Below, in pieces: positions 37,068-47,607 of a stretch of 64,000 nt of DNA. A model generated the notes under the pieces. That model was not told where the DNA came from. It saw nothing but the letters and a program-made list of their open reading frames with translations, and searched no databases. Each line of letters starts with the position of its first letter. Position 1 is the first letter of the stretch. A program made the translations under genes and the position numbers. This stretch comes from Candidatus Omnitrophota bacterium (GTDB taxonomy: Bacteria; Omnitrophota; Gorgyraeia; Zapsychrales; JBDRMG01): positions 2,799 through 66,798 of the forward strand of contig JBDRMG010000064.1 in assembly GCA_043812495.1 (NCBI GenBank), written 5' to 3'.

Positions 37068-37715
37068 TTACGGACTCACGGGTGTATAGCGGGATGACGT
37101 TTCTTCAAACGCTTCGCATTGATACGTTGTGTAAATATCCTTTCCTTCGGGATCTCCCCGGACAATTCCGTCTGACATAATGCAATAGGAATATGTTCCC
37201 GAAGCTCCGGGCTCAACAGGTTTTGCTGTCACCATAAACGTCTCTCCGCCCAACGGATTAAAATATCGATATTCATAGCCGCTTATGGGTCCATCTGCGT
37301 AATCTTGGTTTATATACGCGGGACTGGCTTGCGTAAGTTCAGATAGTTCCTGGGGGAAGCGCTGATTCGCCGTTTGAAAAGTGTTGGCGGCGATGGCGAT
37401 GGCGCGGACTGTGCTCTGTGCAAGGGCTTCATTGGCGCTTAAGCGGGCCCGTAACAAATTGGGAATAGCAATGGCGGCCATGAGGGCAAAGATAGGTACA
37501 ATAAATATGGAGATCGCGCCTAAAACAATTCCTGTAATCGCCAGACCGTTTCCTTTAAGCGTTTCTTTATTTTTTGATATTTGCACTAACGCAATGATTC
37601 CCAAAATAATAGCTATAATACCAAGCAGCATTCCAAGAAGGGGAATAAGAAAGAACAATCCGCATACCAAACTTGCTATTGCTAAACCTAATGTTTTCTT
37701 TTGTAATTCAGTCAT
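37068..37715 (-). CDS. DUF4190-domain membrane protein fused to a prepilin/pseudopilin-like segment
   Basis: N-terminal GLAIASLVCGL ... LGIIAIILGIIALV (DUF4190-like), then AIAIPNLLRARLSANEALAQSTVRAIAIAANTFQ, which resembles type IV pilin N-terminal helices. Confidence 0.5.
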   Translation of the reverse strand: MTELQKKTLGLAIASLVCGLFFLIPLLGMLLGIIAIILGIIALVQISKNKETLKGNGLAITGIVLGAISIFIVPIFALMAAIAIPNLLRARLSANEALAQSTVRAIAIAANTFQTANQRFPQELSELTQASPAYINQDYADGPISGYEYRYFNPLGGETFMVTAKPVEPGASGTYSYCIMSDGIVRGDPEGKDIYTTYQCEAFEETSSRYTPVSP

Positions 37716-37729
37716 GCCGCTCTCCTTTG

Positions 37730-38683
37730 TCAGTTTGTTGTCGTTTTATTTTTAAACCAGTCAACCGTTATTTGTAGGCCTTCTTTGAGTGATACTTTGG
37801 GTGACCAGTCGAGTTTTTTCTTTGCAAGGGTAATATCCGGTCTTCTGACTTTTGGGTCATCGACAGGCAAAGGCTTGTAGACAATTTTGTTTTGAGCGCA
37901 CGTGATCTTGGAAATCAATTTTGCAAATTGCAAAATGGTGAATTCCCTGGGATTTCCGATATTCACCGGCTGCGTATAATTTGAAAAAAGCAATTTGATG
38001 ATTCCGTTGATAAGATCAGAAACATAGCAGAATGATCTTGTCTGCAGACCGTTTCCGAAAACCGTTAGGGGTTTATGATGTAGAATCTGATCGATGAAAG
38101 CCGGTACGACCCGGCCGTCGTGGAGGCGCATCCGCGGGCCATAGGTATTAAAAATCCGGACAATGCGCGTGTCGATTTTATGTACGCGATGATAGGCCAT
38201 GGTCATGGCTTCGGCAAAACGTTTGGCCTCATCATAAACGCCCCGGGGTCCGATGGGATTGACATGCCCCCAGTAACTTTCTTTTTGAGGATGAACTTTC
38301 GGATCACCGTATACCTCAGATGTGGAAGCCAAAAGATAACGGGCTTTCTTGGCCTTAGCGACACCCAGTGTATTATGCGTCCCTAAAGCACCGACTTTGA
38401 GTGTTTGGATAGGAAAATTCAAATAATCAATCGGACTAGCAGGTGAAGCAAAATGAAGAACAAAATCGAGAGGATCTTTGACGTTGATTGTCTTTGAGAC
38501 ATTGTGATTGATAAAACGAAAGTTTTTATTTTTCTTAAGATGGCGAATGTTCTTTAAGGCGCCGGTGATCAAATTATCCATGCAAATGACTTTAAAATCC
38601 CGCCGGATAAATGCATCGCACAGATGGCTTCCCAGAAAGCCTGCGCCGCCCGTGATCAGTACTGTTTTTTTGCGCATAATCAC
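37730..38683 (-). CDS. UDP-glucuronate decarboxylase (UDP-xylose synthase, SDR)
   Basis: [15 protein letters not shown] and [49 protein letters not shown] match UXS closely. Confidence 0.85.
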   Translation of the reverse strand: MIMRKKTVLITGGAGFLGSHLCDAFIRRDFKVICMDNLITGALKNIRHLKKNKNFRFINHNVSKTINVKDPLDFVLHFASPASPIDYLNFPIQTLKVGALGTHNTLGVAKAKKARYLLASTSEVYGDPKVHPQKESYWGHVNPIGPRGVYDEAKRFAEAMTMAYHRVHKIDTRIVRIFNTYGPRMRLHDGRVVPAFIDQILHHKPLTVFGNGLQTRSFCYVSDLINGIIKLLFSNYTQPVNIGNPREFTILQFAKLISKITCAQNKIVYKPLPVDDPKVRRPDITLAKKKLDWSPKVSLKEGLQITVDWFKNKTTTN

Positions 38684-38695
38684 CCTATTGATTGT

Positions 38696-39997
38696 TTAAA
38701 GCTTAACTATCTTCGGACTCTTCACTTTTGCATAGACATTGCGGATATCAAAGATGACGCGGGCATTTTTTAAAAGCTCTTCATAATTGACACGGGAATG
38801 GTCTGTAGCAATGACCACACAATCATATTTAGAAAATTGCTGTTTTTGAAACTTGATCGATTCCATATCAATGGTATCCACCTTCAGGTAAGGAATAATC
38901 GGATCATAGTAATCAACCTTGCAATGCAGAGCTTGCAGAATTTCAATCAACTTGATCGACGGTGATTTTCTCAAGTCTTTGACATCTTTTTTGTAGGTGA
39001 CACCCATGACCAGAATTTTGGCATCCCGGATCCAGACTCCTCGACTCTTTAAAACTTCCTGGATACGCGAGGCCACGTAAATGGGCATATAGCTATTGAC
39101 ATCCGCGGATAATCGGATGAACCGTGCGTTAAAACCGTGATGCCTGGCCTTCCAATAAAGATACAAGGGATCATCCGGTATGCAATGTCCGCCCACGCCT
39201 AAACCGGGATAAAACGGCATAAAACCAAAGGGTTTTGTTTTGGCGGCTTCAATAACTTCCCAGACGTCAATATTCATTTTATGACACATCATGGCGACTT
39301 CATTGATCCAGCCGATATTAATGATACGAAAGGAATTTTCCAGAAGTTTTGTCATCTCCGCGCAACGGGCCGAAGATACCAGATGCACTTTCTTAATGAT
39401 CTTTTCGTATAATGTTTTTGTCAGCTCTCCTGATTTCTCTCCCACTCCTCCGACAACTTTGGGAATTAAGGTGACGTCATATTTCTTATTGCCGGGATCA
39501 ATGCGTTCCGGCGAGAATGAAAGAAAAAAGTCTTTTTCCGCCTGAAGTCCGCCTTTTTCTAAAATCGGCTTGATGAGTTCCTGCGTTGTTCCCGGATAGG
39601 TCGTGCTCTCAAGGACAATGAGAGTATCTTTCTTGATATACTTGGCGGCTGTTCGAACGGCATTAACAATATAGGAAATATCCGGAGTGTATTTTCTTTT
39701 TAAAGGGGTGGGGACACAAATAAGAATGACATCCGCTGAGGCCAAGCCGTCGAAATTGGTCGATACGCTCAAACGGCCTTTTTTAACGACTTGTGCGATT
39801 TCCAGAGAAGAAACATCAAGGATATAGCTTTCTTTTTTGCGAATTTTCTCAACACGATCTGCGTCTTTGTCCAAGCCAAGGACCTTGAAGCCTTTCTTGG
39901 CAAAACTGACAGCCAAAGGCAGCCCTACGTAACCTAAACCGATCACCGCCAGCCTAGCCTCTTTGGAGACGATCTTTCTTCTTAGTTTTTCTGACAT
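38696..39997 (-). CDS. Nucleotide-sugar dehydrogenase (UDP-N-acetyl-D-hexosamine dehydrogenase, WecC/WbpA-like)
   Basis: RLAVIGLGYVGLPLAVSFAKKGFKVLGLDKD N-terminus and GGHCIPDDPLYL catalytic-Cys region. Confidence 0.75.
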   Translation of the reverse strand: MSEKLRRKIVSKEARLAVIGLGYVGLPLAVSFAKKGFKVLGLDKDADRVEKIRKKESYILDVSSLEIAQVVKKGRLSVSTNFDGLASADVILICVPTPLKRKYTPDISYIVNAVRTAAKYIKKDTLIVLESTTYPGTTQELIKPILEKGGLQAEKDFFLSFSPERIDPGNKKYDVTLIPKVVGGVGEKSGELTKTLYEKIIKKVHLVSSARCAEMTKLLENSFRIINIGWINEVAMMCHKMNIDVWEVIEAAKTKPFGFMPFYPGLGVGGHCIPDDPLYLYWKARHHGFNARFIRLSADVNSYMPIYVASRIQEVLKSRGVWIRDAKILVMGVTYKKDVKDLRKSPSIKLIEILQALHCKVDYYDPIIPYLKVDTIDMESIKFQKQQFSKYDCVVIATDHSRVNYEELLKNARVIFDIRNVYAKVKSPKIVKL

Positions 39998-40866
39998 TGA
40001 ATAAATTCTCCTAACGCATCTTGCCAGCTGCGCATTTTTCTTCCCGTGATTTGAGCATATCTTGAATTGTCTAAAGCCGAATATTTCGGCCTTATGGCCT
40101 GGAAAGGAAAATCTTCGAGTTTTGTTTCTTTCAAATTGATCATGACATTCCTCTTTTCAATAATAAATTTGGCCATGTCATACCAAGAGCATGCACCGCT
40201 GTTGACGATGTGGATGATATTGTTTTTATAAAAATCAAATTTATTTTGCACCATCAAATCAGTCAGCTGATGCAGCGCCTTAGCCAAATCAACCGCATAG
40301 GTCGGGGAACCTATTTTGTCAGCTACAATGTCTAAGGATTTCTTTGTGTTTAGGGACTTGACGATAAAATGCACAAAACCCTTTTGCGCTTCGCCAAAGA
40401 GCCAACAGCTGCGCGCAATCACAAATTCTTTTAGGTTCGATTGAATGATGCTTTCGGCCTGGAGTTTGGACCGGCCGTAGACGCTCAGCGGATCCGGTTG
40501 ATCTTCTTCTGTGTAAGGCCTGTGCGTTTCTCCGTTAAAAACATAATCCGTGCTGATAAAAATTAAAACCGCATTGATTTCTCTAGCGATTTCCACAACA
40601 TGTCTTGTGCCTTCGACATTGACACGATACGCTTGATCCGGATTTTTTTCACAACCGTCGACATCCGTGTAGGCAGCGCTAAGAATAATGATTTCGGGTT
40701 TTTTTGCCCGGCAAAAGGCCTTTGTCTGATCCCGATCTGTGATATCCAATTCGTCCATTCTCGGAGCTATTAATTCACCTGTGCCGCTCAGTTCCCGACA
40801 AAGAGCCTCACCCAAGAGGCCTCTTGCGCCAATCACCATTATCCTTTTTTTATTCTCTTGAGCCAT
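39982..40866 (-). CDS. rmlD: dTDP-4-dehydrorhamnose reductase
   Basis: IMVIGARGLLG ... ISTDYVFNGETHRPYTEEDQPDPLSVYGRSKL. Confidence 0.8.
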   Translation of the reverse strand: MAQENKKRIMVIGARGLLGEALCRELSGTGELIAPRMDELDITDRDQTKAFCRAKKPEIIILSAAYTDVDGCEKNPDQAYRVNVEGTRHVVEIAREINAVLIFISTDYVFNGETHRPYTEEDQPDPLSVYGRSKLQAESIIQSNLKEFVIARSCWLFGEAQKGFVHFIVKSLNTKKSLDIVADKIGSPTYAVDLAKALHQLTDLMVQNKFDFYKNNIIHIVNSGACSWYDMAKFIIEKRNVMINLKETKLEDFPFQAIRPKYSALDNSRYAQITGRKMRSWQDALGEFIQCQKN

Positions 40867-41801
40867 AGCGGATTGTTTTTATACCACTCGATCGTTAAAT
40901 CGAGTCCTTGATCAAAACGATAAAGAGGCTTAAAGCCCAAACACTTTATCTTAGAACAATCGATGGCATAACGAAAATCGTGTCCGGGGCGGTCCTTCAC
41001 CCTTTGGATCATGGACTCTGATTTTTTCATTTTGATGAGCATCTTCTTGGTCAAGGATAAATTCGTTAAATAATTTCCTCCGGCGATATTATAAATCTCA
41101 CCAATCTTACCTTTTTGCACGACACAATCAATCGCGCGGCAATTATCCAAAACATAAATCCAGTCCCGAATGTTCTCGCCATCGGCATACAACGGAACTT
41201 TTTTATTTTTCAATAGGTTCGTCACAAATAAAGGAATAACCTTCTCGGGGTACTGACGGGGCCCAAAATTATTTGAACTTCGGGTGATAAGTATCGGCAA
41301 TTGATATGTTGTATAATAAGATTGGACGAGAAGATCGCCGGCCGCTTTGCTGGTCGAATAAGGACTGCTCGGATGCAACGGGTCATTTTCTTTAAAAAAA
41401 CCTTTGTGTCGGCTGCCATACACCTCATCGGTGCTGATATGAATGAAACGCTTGATCTTATTTCTTACGGCGGCCTCCAAAAGGACATAGGTCCCAAAAA
41501 CATTTGTTTTGATGAAATTGTGCGCATCGGTGATCGAGCGGTCGACATGAGTTTCGGCCGCAAAATGAATAATAGCGTCACAGCCGCGTACGTATTGATT
41601 CATTTTTTTTGCGTCGCAGATATCGGCTTGGATAAATTGATGATTCCTGTGCCTGAAGATATTTTTCAGATTCTCAAGGCTGCCGGCATACGTTAATTTG
41701 TCGACATTAACGATTTTGCAGGAAGGATATTTTTGAATGAAATATTCGACAAAATTTGAACCGATAAAACCTGCCCCACCCGTAATCAAAACTTGTTTCA
41801 T
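40839..41801 (-). CDS. rmlB: dTDP-glucose 4,6-dehydratase
   Basis: Start at Met27 of the listed ORF (41801). [18 protein letters not shown], and YSTSKAAGDLLV containing the YxxxK motif. Confidence 0.85.
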   Translation of the reverse strand: MKQVLITGGAGFIGSNFVEYFIQKYPSCKIVNVDKLTYAGSLENLKNIFRHRNHQFIQADICDAKKMNQYVRGCDAIIHFAAETHVDRSITDAHNFIKTNVFGTYVLLEAAVRNKIKRFIHISTDEVYGSRHKGFFKENDPLHPSSPYSTSKAAGDLLVQSYYTTYQLPILITRSSNNFGPRQYPEKVIPLFVTNLLKNKKVPLYADGENIRDWIYVLDNCRAIDCVVQKGKIGEIYNIAGGNYLTNLSLTKKMLIKMKKSESMIQRVKDRPGHDFRYAIDCSKIKCLGFKPLYRFDQGLDLTIEWYKNNPLWLKRIKKG

Positions 41802-41803
41802 AG

Positions 41804-42538
41804 CTATCTTTTTCTTTGTTTTAAATATTTCCTGGCTACCAGAAGATTGGCCCGGTGAAGAGATTCGAAGGTCCCGCAATCGGTCCAGTTTCCCTTAAGG
41901 ATATTGAAGGCGAGCTGTTTTCGCTTGAGGTACATATTATTGACATCCGTAATCTCCAGCTCTCCTCTTTTGGACAATTTACACTTTCGGATAAAATCAA
42001 AGACCTTAGCATCGTACATATAAATGCCCGTAACGATATATTTTGAGGAGGGATGTTTGGGTTTCTCAGCAATCGAAATGATTTTCTTGCCCTTGAATTT
42101 GACAACACCGAAACGGCTGGGTTGAGCTACTTCTTTAATTAAAATCCGCGCACCTTCTTTTTGTTTCTTAAACTCCTTCACATAAGGTTGAAGCGACTCA
42201 TCAAAAACATTGTCTCCTAAGATAACCACGAATTTCTGTCTTTCGACAAAATGCTCGACCAGCCGAAGCGCATCGGCAATGCCCCCTTCACCTTCTTGAT
42301 AAGCGTAATGAATATCGTTAATACCAAAATCCTCGCCGTTCCCAAGTAATTTTAAAAAATCCCCCGCGTTATTACCGCCTGTCACAATAAGAATTTCTTT
42401 AATCCCCGCATCCACCAAAGTTCGAATGGGATAATAAATCATGGGTTGGTTGTAAACAGGCAATAAGTGTTTGTTGGTGACACGCGTTAAGGGCTCAAGC
42501 CTTGTCCCTAAACCACCGGCTAAGATGACACCTTTCAT
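41804..42538 (-). CDS. rmlA: Glucose-1-phosphate thymidylyltransferase (short form)
   Basis: MKGVILAGGLGTRLEPLTRVTNKHLLPVYNQPMIYYPI. Confidence 0.85.
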   Translation of the reverse strand: MKGVILAGGLGTRLEPLTRVTNKHLLPVYNQPMIYYPIRTLVDAGIKEILIVTGGNNAGDFLKLLGNGEDFGINDIHYAYQEGEGGIADALRLVEHFVERQKFVVILGDNVFDESLQPYVKEFKKQKEGARILIKEVAQPSRFGVVKFKGKKIISIAEKPKHPSSKYIVTGIYMYDAKVFDFIRKCKLSKRGELEITDVNNMYLKRKQLAFNILKGNWTDCGTFESLHRANLLVARKYLKQRKR

Positions 42539-42541
42539 GGA

Positions 42542-42991
42542 TTAATCCTCTTTCCAATTAAAATTGATTGTTGGATCAGATGCGTCAACCCGATACTCAT
42601 CCGGATTCTTATGATCATACGGCCTTGTCACCGTATTGATCACCATGGCCTCCTCTTGGCTGACGCATTTGAATCCGTGATAAACGCCCTTGGGGATATG
42701 AACAAGCTTTGGTTCCTTTAGGCTTAAATAAAAAATATCCGTCTGTCCTTTAGTGGGTGAGTTTTCTCTTGCATCATAGAGGCCAAGCTTGATGCGCCCG
42801 ACCACACAGGTAAAATTATCGTCCTGAAGTTTATGATAATGCCACGCCTTCACAACGCCCGGATAGGCTGTGGTGAAATAGACCTGACCGAATTGACTGA
42901 ACATACAATCGTCCGCACGAAAAATCTCCATTAAGTTGCCCCGGTCATCTGGGATGATTTTTAAAGGCTTTACTTTTAACCCGTCAATCAT
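42542..42991 (-). CDS. Cupin-fold dTDP-sugar isomerase/epimerase (WxcM/FdtA-like or RmlC-like)
   Basis: 149 aa. Cupin motifs VYFTTAYPGVVKAWHYHK and KGVYHGFKCVS. Shorter than canonical RmlC. Confidence 0.55.
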   Translation of the reverse strand: MIDGLKVKPLKIIPDDRGNLMEIFRADDCMFSQFGQVYFTTAYPGVVKAWHYHKLQDDNFTCVVGRIKLGLYDARENSPTKGQTDIFYLSLKEPKLVHIPKGVYHGFKCVSQEEAMVINTVTRPYDHKNPDEYRVDASDPTINFNWKED

Positions 42992-44292
42992 ATCTTTCCC
43001 CTTCCAACGCCGTAATATTCAATTCCGCACCTTTCCATTTCAAGAGGGTCAAATATGTTGCGGCCGTCAAAAACAAGAGATTGATGCAATAACTTCTTGA
43101 TTTTCTTAAAGTCTAACGTCTTGAATTCCTCCCATTCGGTTAAGAACAAAAGGCAATCGCAACCGGATGCCACTTGATACGCATCTTTGCAGAAAGTAAC
43201 CTTTTGGAGCTCCTGTTTGGCTTTCATCATGGCCCGAGGGTCATAGGCCTTGATCTTAGCACCTTCAGCTTGCAGGGTCTTAATGATATACGTCGAAGGG
43301 GCATTACGCATATCATCGGTCTCTGGTTTAAAGGCCAAGCCGCAAACTCCAATAGTCTTTCCTTTAATAATCCAGACCTTATCTTCGATCAATTTCACAA
43401 AAGCCTCCCACTGATAGGCATTGACATTCCTGACTTCTTTTAAAAGAGCAAAATCATAACCGCTCTTTTCGCTTAAGCGGATAAATGCATCAACATCCTT
43501 GGGAAAACAACTGCCGCCGAAACCGATTCCTGCGCTCAAGAATTTTTTTCCTATCCTCTCATCATACCCCATGCCTTCGGCTACTTTCAAGACATCGGCG
43601 CCCACGCGGTCACAAACTTGCGCCACCGCATTGATAAACGAAATCTTCATAGCCAGAAAAGAATTCGAAGCATGCTTAATCATTTCCGCCGAATTGATAT
43701 CCGTGACAACAATCCTGGCTTTTAAAGGCTTATAGATTTGACGTAATATCTCTTCGGCCTTCTTGGATTCTACCCCAAGAACAATGCGGTCAGGATTGAG
43801 AAAATCCTCGATGCCGGAACCTTCCTTTAAAAATTCAGGGTTGGACGCGACATCAAAATTGATTTTATTGCCCTTGGAAAGGTTGAGCTGAATTGTCCTC
43901 GTGATTTTTTTTCCGGTTTCTGCGGGAACGGTTGATTTCTCAACGATCAACTTATAAGAATCCATACTGCGAGCGATTTCGCGGGAGACATTTTCTACAT
44001 AGGTCAAATCGGCATCCCCGTTTTCTTTGGACGGCGTGCCTACCGCAATAAAGATGACGGTTGACTTTTTAGTGGCCTCTCTGATGGATGTTGTAAAAGA
44101 AAGTCTCTTCTGTCTAACGCAGCGCTTTAAGATAGGCTCCAGGCCGGGTTCATAAATAGGGCTTTGAAGATTTTTTAGTTTCTCGACCTTTTCACGATCA
44201 TTATCGACGCAGATCACCTTATGCCCAATATGAGCCAGGCAAACTCCTGTTACTAAGCCAACGTATCCTGAACCAATGATGGCAATATTCAC
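42988..44292 (-). CDS. ugd: UDP-glucose 6-dehydrogenase
   Basis: MNIAIIGSGYVGLVTGVCLAHIGHKVICVDND and GFGGSCFPKDV catalytic-Cys motif. Confidence 0.85.
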   Translation of the reverse strand: MNIAIIGSGYVGLVTGVCLAHIGHKVICVDNDREKVEKLKNLQSPIYEPGLEPILKRCVRQKRLSFTTSIREATKKSTVIFIAVGTPSKENGDADLTYVENVSREIARSMDSYKLIVEKSTVPAETGKKITRTIQLNLSKGNKINFDVASNPEFLKEGSGIEDFLNPDRIVLGVESKKAEEILRQIYKPLKARIVVTDINSAEMIKHASNSFLAMKISFINAVAQVCDRVGADVLKVAEGMGYDERIGKKFLSAGIGFGGSCFPKDVDAFIRLSEKSGYDFALLKEVRNVNAYQWEAFVKLIEDKVWIIKGKTIGVCGLAFKPETDDMRNAPSTYIIKTLQAEGAKIKAYDPRAMMKAKQELQKVTFCKDAYQVASGCDCLLFLTEWEEFKTLDFKKIKKLLHQSLVFDGRNIFDPLEMERCGIEYYGVGRGKI

Positions 44293-44351
44293 TTGACTTT
44301 CCTCCCTTGAAGCAACAAGTTCAATGTTTCTTAAGCGAAATTCAAATTTCT

Positions 44352-46472
44352 TTATTCACCGAATTGTGAACCCAGCTTGCGTCGGTGAAAGCTTGTACTA
44401 AAATCAAAACCCATATCCGGAAACGCCTTCATTTTGAAAATCATCCAAATCTCGCTTCCTTCGCCTTTCGTTTCATTAAAGCTAAGCTCAATATCCCAGC
44501 AATGCAGATCTCTTATTAAAGTGTATTCTTGTTCTTTAACCAAGCCTGCATCTGTATCAATTCGATAATAAGTCCTAAACTTCCATTTTGGATTAATTGT
44601 ATAACTTAATTCTGTCGTTATCTGATCATCGATATCGCGGGTCCAGCGTTTGCCAAAGCCTAAGGTTGTCTTTTCATTGGGCTCAAAATAAACATCGAAA
44701 TTAGATGATTGCAGGTAGTCATTCTGGGTATCGTAGAGTCCGTCCCAATAAAAATTAAGCTTATCTGACGGCTTCAACTCGAAATCAAGGGTAATATTTC
44801 CAAAACCCCCCTTGCCCGTATCTTCTTTCAGGAGGAAATCTGTCCCAACGCTAGTTCTTAATAAATCAACTGAAGTGTCTTTGCGCTTGGTTTGTAGTTT
44901 ATTCTCAAGTGCTAGATGGATAGAATGCGATTGACTGATGCTATCAATGCTGTCAAAAGAGTCAAGTCTATCCGACGGTACTGTTGGTTTTGTCGTGAAT
45001 AAATAGGCCGCCGAAGGCGTTATCACATGTCGAAGCCGATTGATTTCTATGCCCCATCTGTTGCTTTCGATGTCCATCACTTTGAAAATTTTCGTACTTA
45101 AATCAACACCTGTCCGAAACAAACCTCTGATAATCCCATAATTTTCTTTTTGCTTTGCTTTACTGTAATACGTCTCGCGGCCGCCCACATAGGGTCTCAT
45201 TTCGATGAAAGCAATTTTAAAAGGATAAGAGATATCACTATCAGTATCCACGCGCATCGTCTCTTGTCTGACTTCAGAAGGCGAAGCTGTTTTTTTCGTG
45301 AAATTAGAATAGGTGGTTTCGTTTCTAAGATACAGGCCGGTTTTCCCGATTTCCAGACTGCCCAGGGAATATTTGATTTCGGGAAGTTTTTCGAGCATCG
45401 ATTGATAGCGGTTGACGCGTACATCTGTGCGAAAACTTAATGTGCCCGCCGGCAGGCCCCGGGTCAGCTGAAAGAAGGAAGGCGGTGTTTCGTCGGTTTC
45501 GTATTCCCGGCGGAAATAATCCTTCAAAAAGGTCGCACCACTGGTTTTGTAATATTGTAGAATCGCTTTTGTTTTCTTGTCGATATCCCATATGTGTCGC
45601 CATTCGACTTTGAATCTTTCCTTTTCAATAGTGGGAGACGGCCTTTCCTGCCAAAATCGCTTGGACGTAATATTACGCTCGTTCATGTAGTACGTCCTGA
45701 TGAGACCTTTGCCATAATTAAGCATTTTATAATCCACATCGATGCCCCAAGCGAAGTCCTTTTTTTCCCGATAATCGAGATGAATCGTTCCTTTAAAATC
45801 TTCATTGAAGTAATACCGCCATCCCTGCAAAAGATAGGCTCCCCATTTTTTATCAAAACCGGGTGTTAAAATTACACGCTGCCGTGTGTCTCTGAGGTCC
45901 TTGGTATATCGAGGAATAAAGATAACGGGAACTTTCCCGACAACCAAGCTAACATTCCGGGCTACGGCCTTGACGCCGGGATACATATCAACTTTCTTAG
46001 CCCTAAACTGAAAATGCGGCTTATCCAAATCACAGGTCGTGAATCCTCCCCTCTCAATAGAGATATGGTTTTCTCCGACCTTTGACATTTTTTGACCCGT
46101 TCCAAAATAGGGATAGGCCAAAATACGCCCTCCCACGAAGTCTCCTCTCATTTCCTCAAAATTGTAAATCAATTTGTCGCCGTAAATCGTGCTATTCTTG
46201 TATTTCAAAACAACGTTGCCTTCGGCCTCAACGATATTCGTATCGCGATGGAGGACCATCTTATCGCAGGAAAGCTGCGTATCTCCTCGCGAAACGATGA
46301 CGTTTCCTTGGGCAATCATTTTATTCTCTTCGACGCTATATTCGATCTGGTCCCCTCTTGTTTCTATGGGTTTCACGGTTTGTTGAGCTAAAGAGTGAAC
46401 CGGAAAACCAACCATAAGAAGGCTCGCGGTCAAGAAAAGATAAGAGAGTTTATTATTCAAGTTTTTTTGCAT
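44352..46472 (-). CDS. lptD: LPS-assembly outer membrane protein LptD (OstA)
   Basis: Signal peptide from Met31 of the listed ORF (ATG 46472), an OstA-N-like N-terminal domain, and a beta-barrel of about 600 aa with alternating hydrophobic patterns and a C-terminal aromatic residue. Confidence 0.7.
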   Translation of the reverse strand: MQKNLNNKLSYLFLTASLLMVGFPVHSLAQQTVKPIETRGDQIEYSVEENKMIAQGNVIVSRGDTQLSCDKMVLHRDTNIVEAEGNVVLKYKNSTIYGDKLIYNFEEMRGDFVGGRILAYPYFGTGQKMSKVGENHISIERGGFTTCDLDKPHFQFRAKKVDMYPGVKAVARNVSLVVGKVPVIFIPRYTKDLRDTRQRVILTPGFDKKWGAYLLQGWRYYFNEDFKGTIHLDYREKKDFAWGIDVDYKMLNYGKGLIRTYYMNERNITSKRFWQERPSPTIEKERFKVEWRHIWDIDKKTKAILQYYKTSGATFLKDYFRREYETDETPPSFFQLTRGLPAGTLSFRTDVRVNRYQSMLEKLPEIKYSLGSLEIGKTGLYLRNETTYSNFTKKTASPSEVRQETMRVDTDSDISYPFKIAFIEMRPYVGGRETYYSKAKQKENYGIIRGLFRTGVDLSTKIFKVMDIESNRWGIEINRLRHVITPSAAYLFTTKPTVPSDRLDSFDSIDSISQSHSIHLALENKLQTKRKDTSVDLLRTSVGTDFLLKEDTGKGGFGNITLDFELKPSDKLNFYWDGLYDTQNDYLQSSNFDVYFEPNEKTTLGFGKRWTRDIDDQITTELSYTINPKWKFRTYYRIDTDAGLVKEQEYTLIRDLHCWDIELSFNETKGEGSEIWMIFKMKAFPDMGFDFSTSFHRRKLGSQFGE

Positions 46473-46494
46473 GAATCTAAGAAATAGACTTATT

Positions 46495-47430
46495 TTATGA
46501 CTTAATTCCAAGAGCATCTTTGACGAGCACCTGAGCCCCGATAATACCGGCATCATTCCCAAGAGTTGCCTTCTTGAGTACGGCCATCTTGCTCTGTTGC
46601 TTCATGGCGTGGCATTTGATAATCCTTGTGATTTCCCGAAACATAAATCGATGCGCATTGGCTGTTCCTCCGCCGATAACAATCAAGCGCGGATTCAGAA
46701 GATTGACCACGCCGATCAATCCACGACCGAGATGTCCGGCAGTTTCTTTCCAAAAACGAATGGCCTTCGGATTTCCTTGGGCAGCCAAGAATGTGATGTT
46801 CTCAAGAGTCGGATTCTTTTGCTTAAATATTTTCTGAGCTTTCTTTAAAAGATATTGATTTCCTATGGCTGTTTCAAGGCAGGCATAACCTCCGCAATTA
46901 CACTTTTCACCCTCTTCATTAAGAGGCATATGCCCCGCTTCGCCGGCCGCAAATCCTTCTCCGCGATAAATGGCGCCATTGAGAATAAGACCGCCGCCTA
47001 CTCCGGTTCCCAGGGTCAGGCAAATCAAATTGCTTATTCCGCGTCCGCTTCCGTATTTCCATTCACCCAGCGTCACGCAATTCACATCATTATCCAGAAA
47101 GGTAGGAATATGGATTTCCTTTTCAATGATTTTTTTGAGAGGAACATTTCTCCAGCCTGAGATATTTGTCAAATAATGGACAATGCCTTTTTGATTATTT
47201 ACGGCCCCCGGAAGGCCGATTCCGATTCCAACTAAGTTTTTCTTACTTAATTTCTTGGCTTGGATAATGAATTTAATTTCCGATAAGAGGGCTCTGACTA
47301 ACTTTTTTTTATTCCGGATAAAACTCTTTGTCGCCAAATTAGTTCTGGAAATAACCCGTCCGCGCGGGTTCACTAAACCCAATTTAATGTTCGTTCCCCC
47401 AACATCAATTCCTAGGACATATTTTTGCAT
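46495..47430 (-). CDS. ROK-family glucokinase
   Basis: LGIDVGGTNIKLGLV plus the ROK cysteine cluster CNCGGYACLE. Confidence 0.8.
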   Translation of the reverse strand: MQKYVLGIDVGGTNIKLGLVNPRGRVISRTNLATKSFIRNKKKLVRALLSEIKFIIQAKKLSKKNLVGIGIGLPGAVNNQKGIVHYLTNISGWRNVPLKKIIEKEIHIPTFLDNDVNCVTLGEWKYGSGRGISNLICLTLGTGVGGGLILNGAIYRGEGFAAGEAGHMPLNEEGEKCNCGGYACLETAIGNQYLLKKAQKIFKQKNPTLENITFLAAQGNPKAIRFWKETAGHLGRGLIGVVNLLNPRLIVIGGGTANAHRFMFREITRIIKCHAMKQQSKMAVLKKATLGNDAGIIGAQVLVKDALGIKS

Positions 47431-47607
47431 TCAAAGGATCCAGTCAATGATTTTTAAAGAAAAGTGAGAAAGCATTAAAAAACAAAAAACTCAAACGCAG
47501 GATTGAGTGTATTCTACACGAAAACGGTTAGGGATTCAAGATTTTGTAATGTTTTGGAAGGAGGCAGGAAAATCAACTTTTTGGCTATATTTATCTAAAT
47601 ATTAATA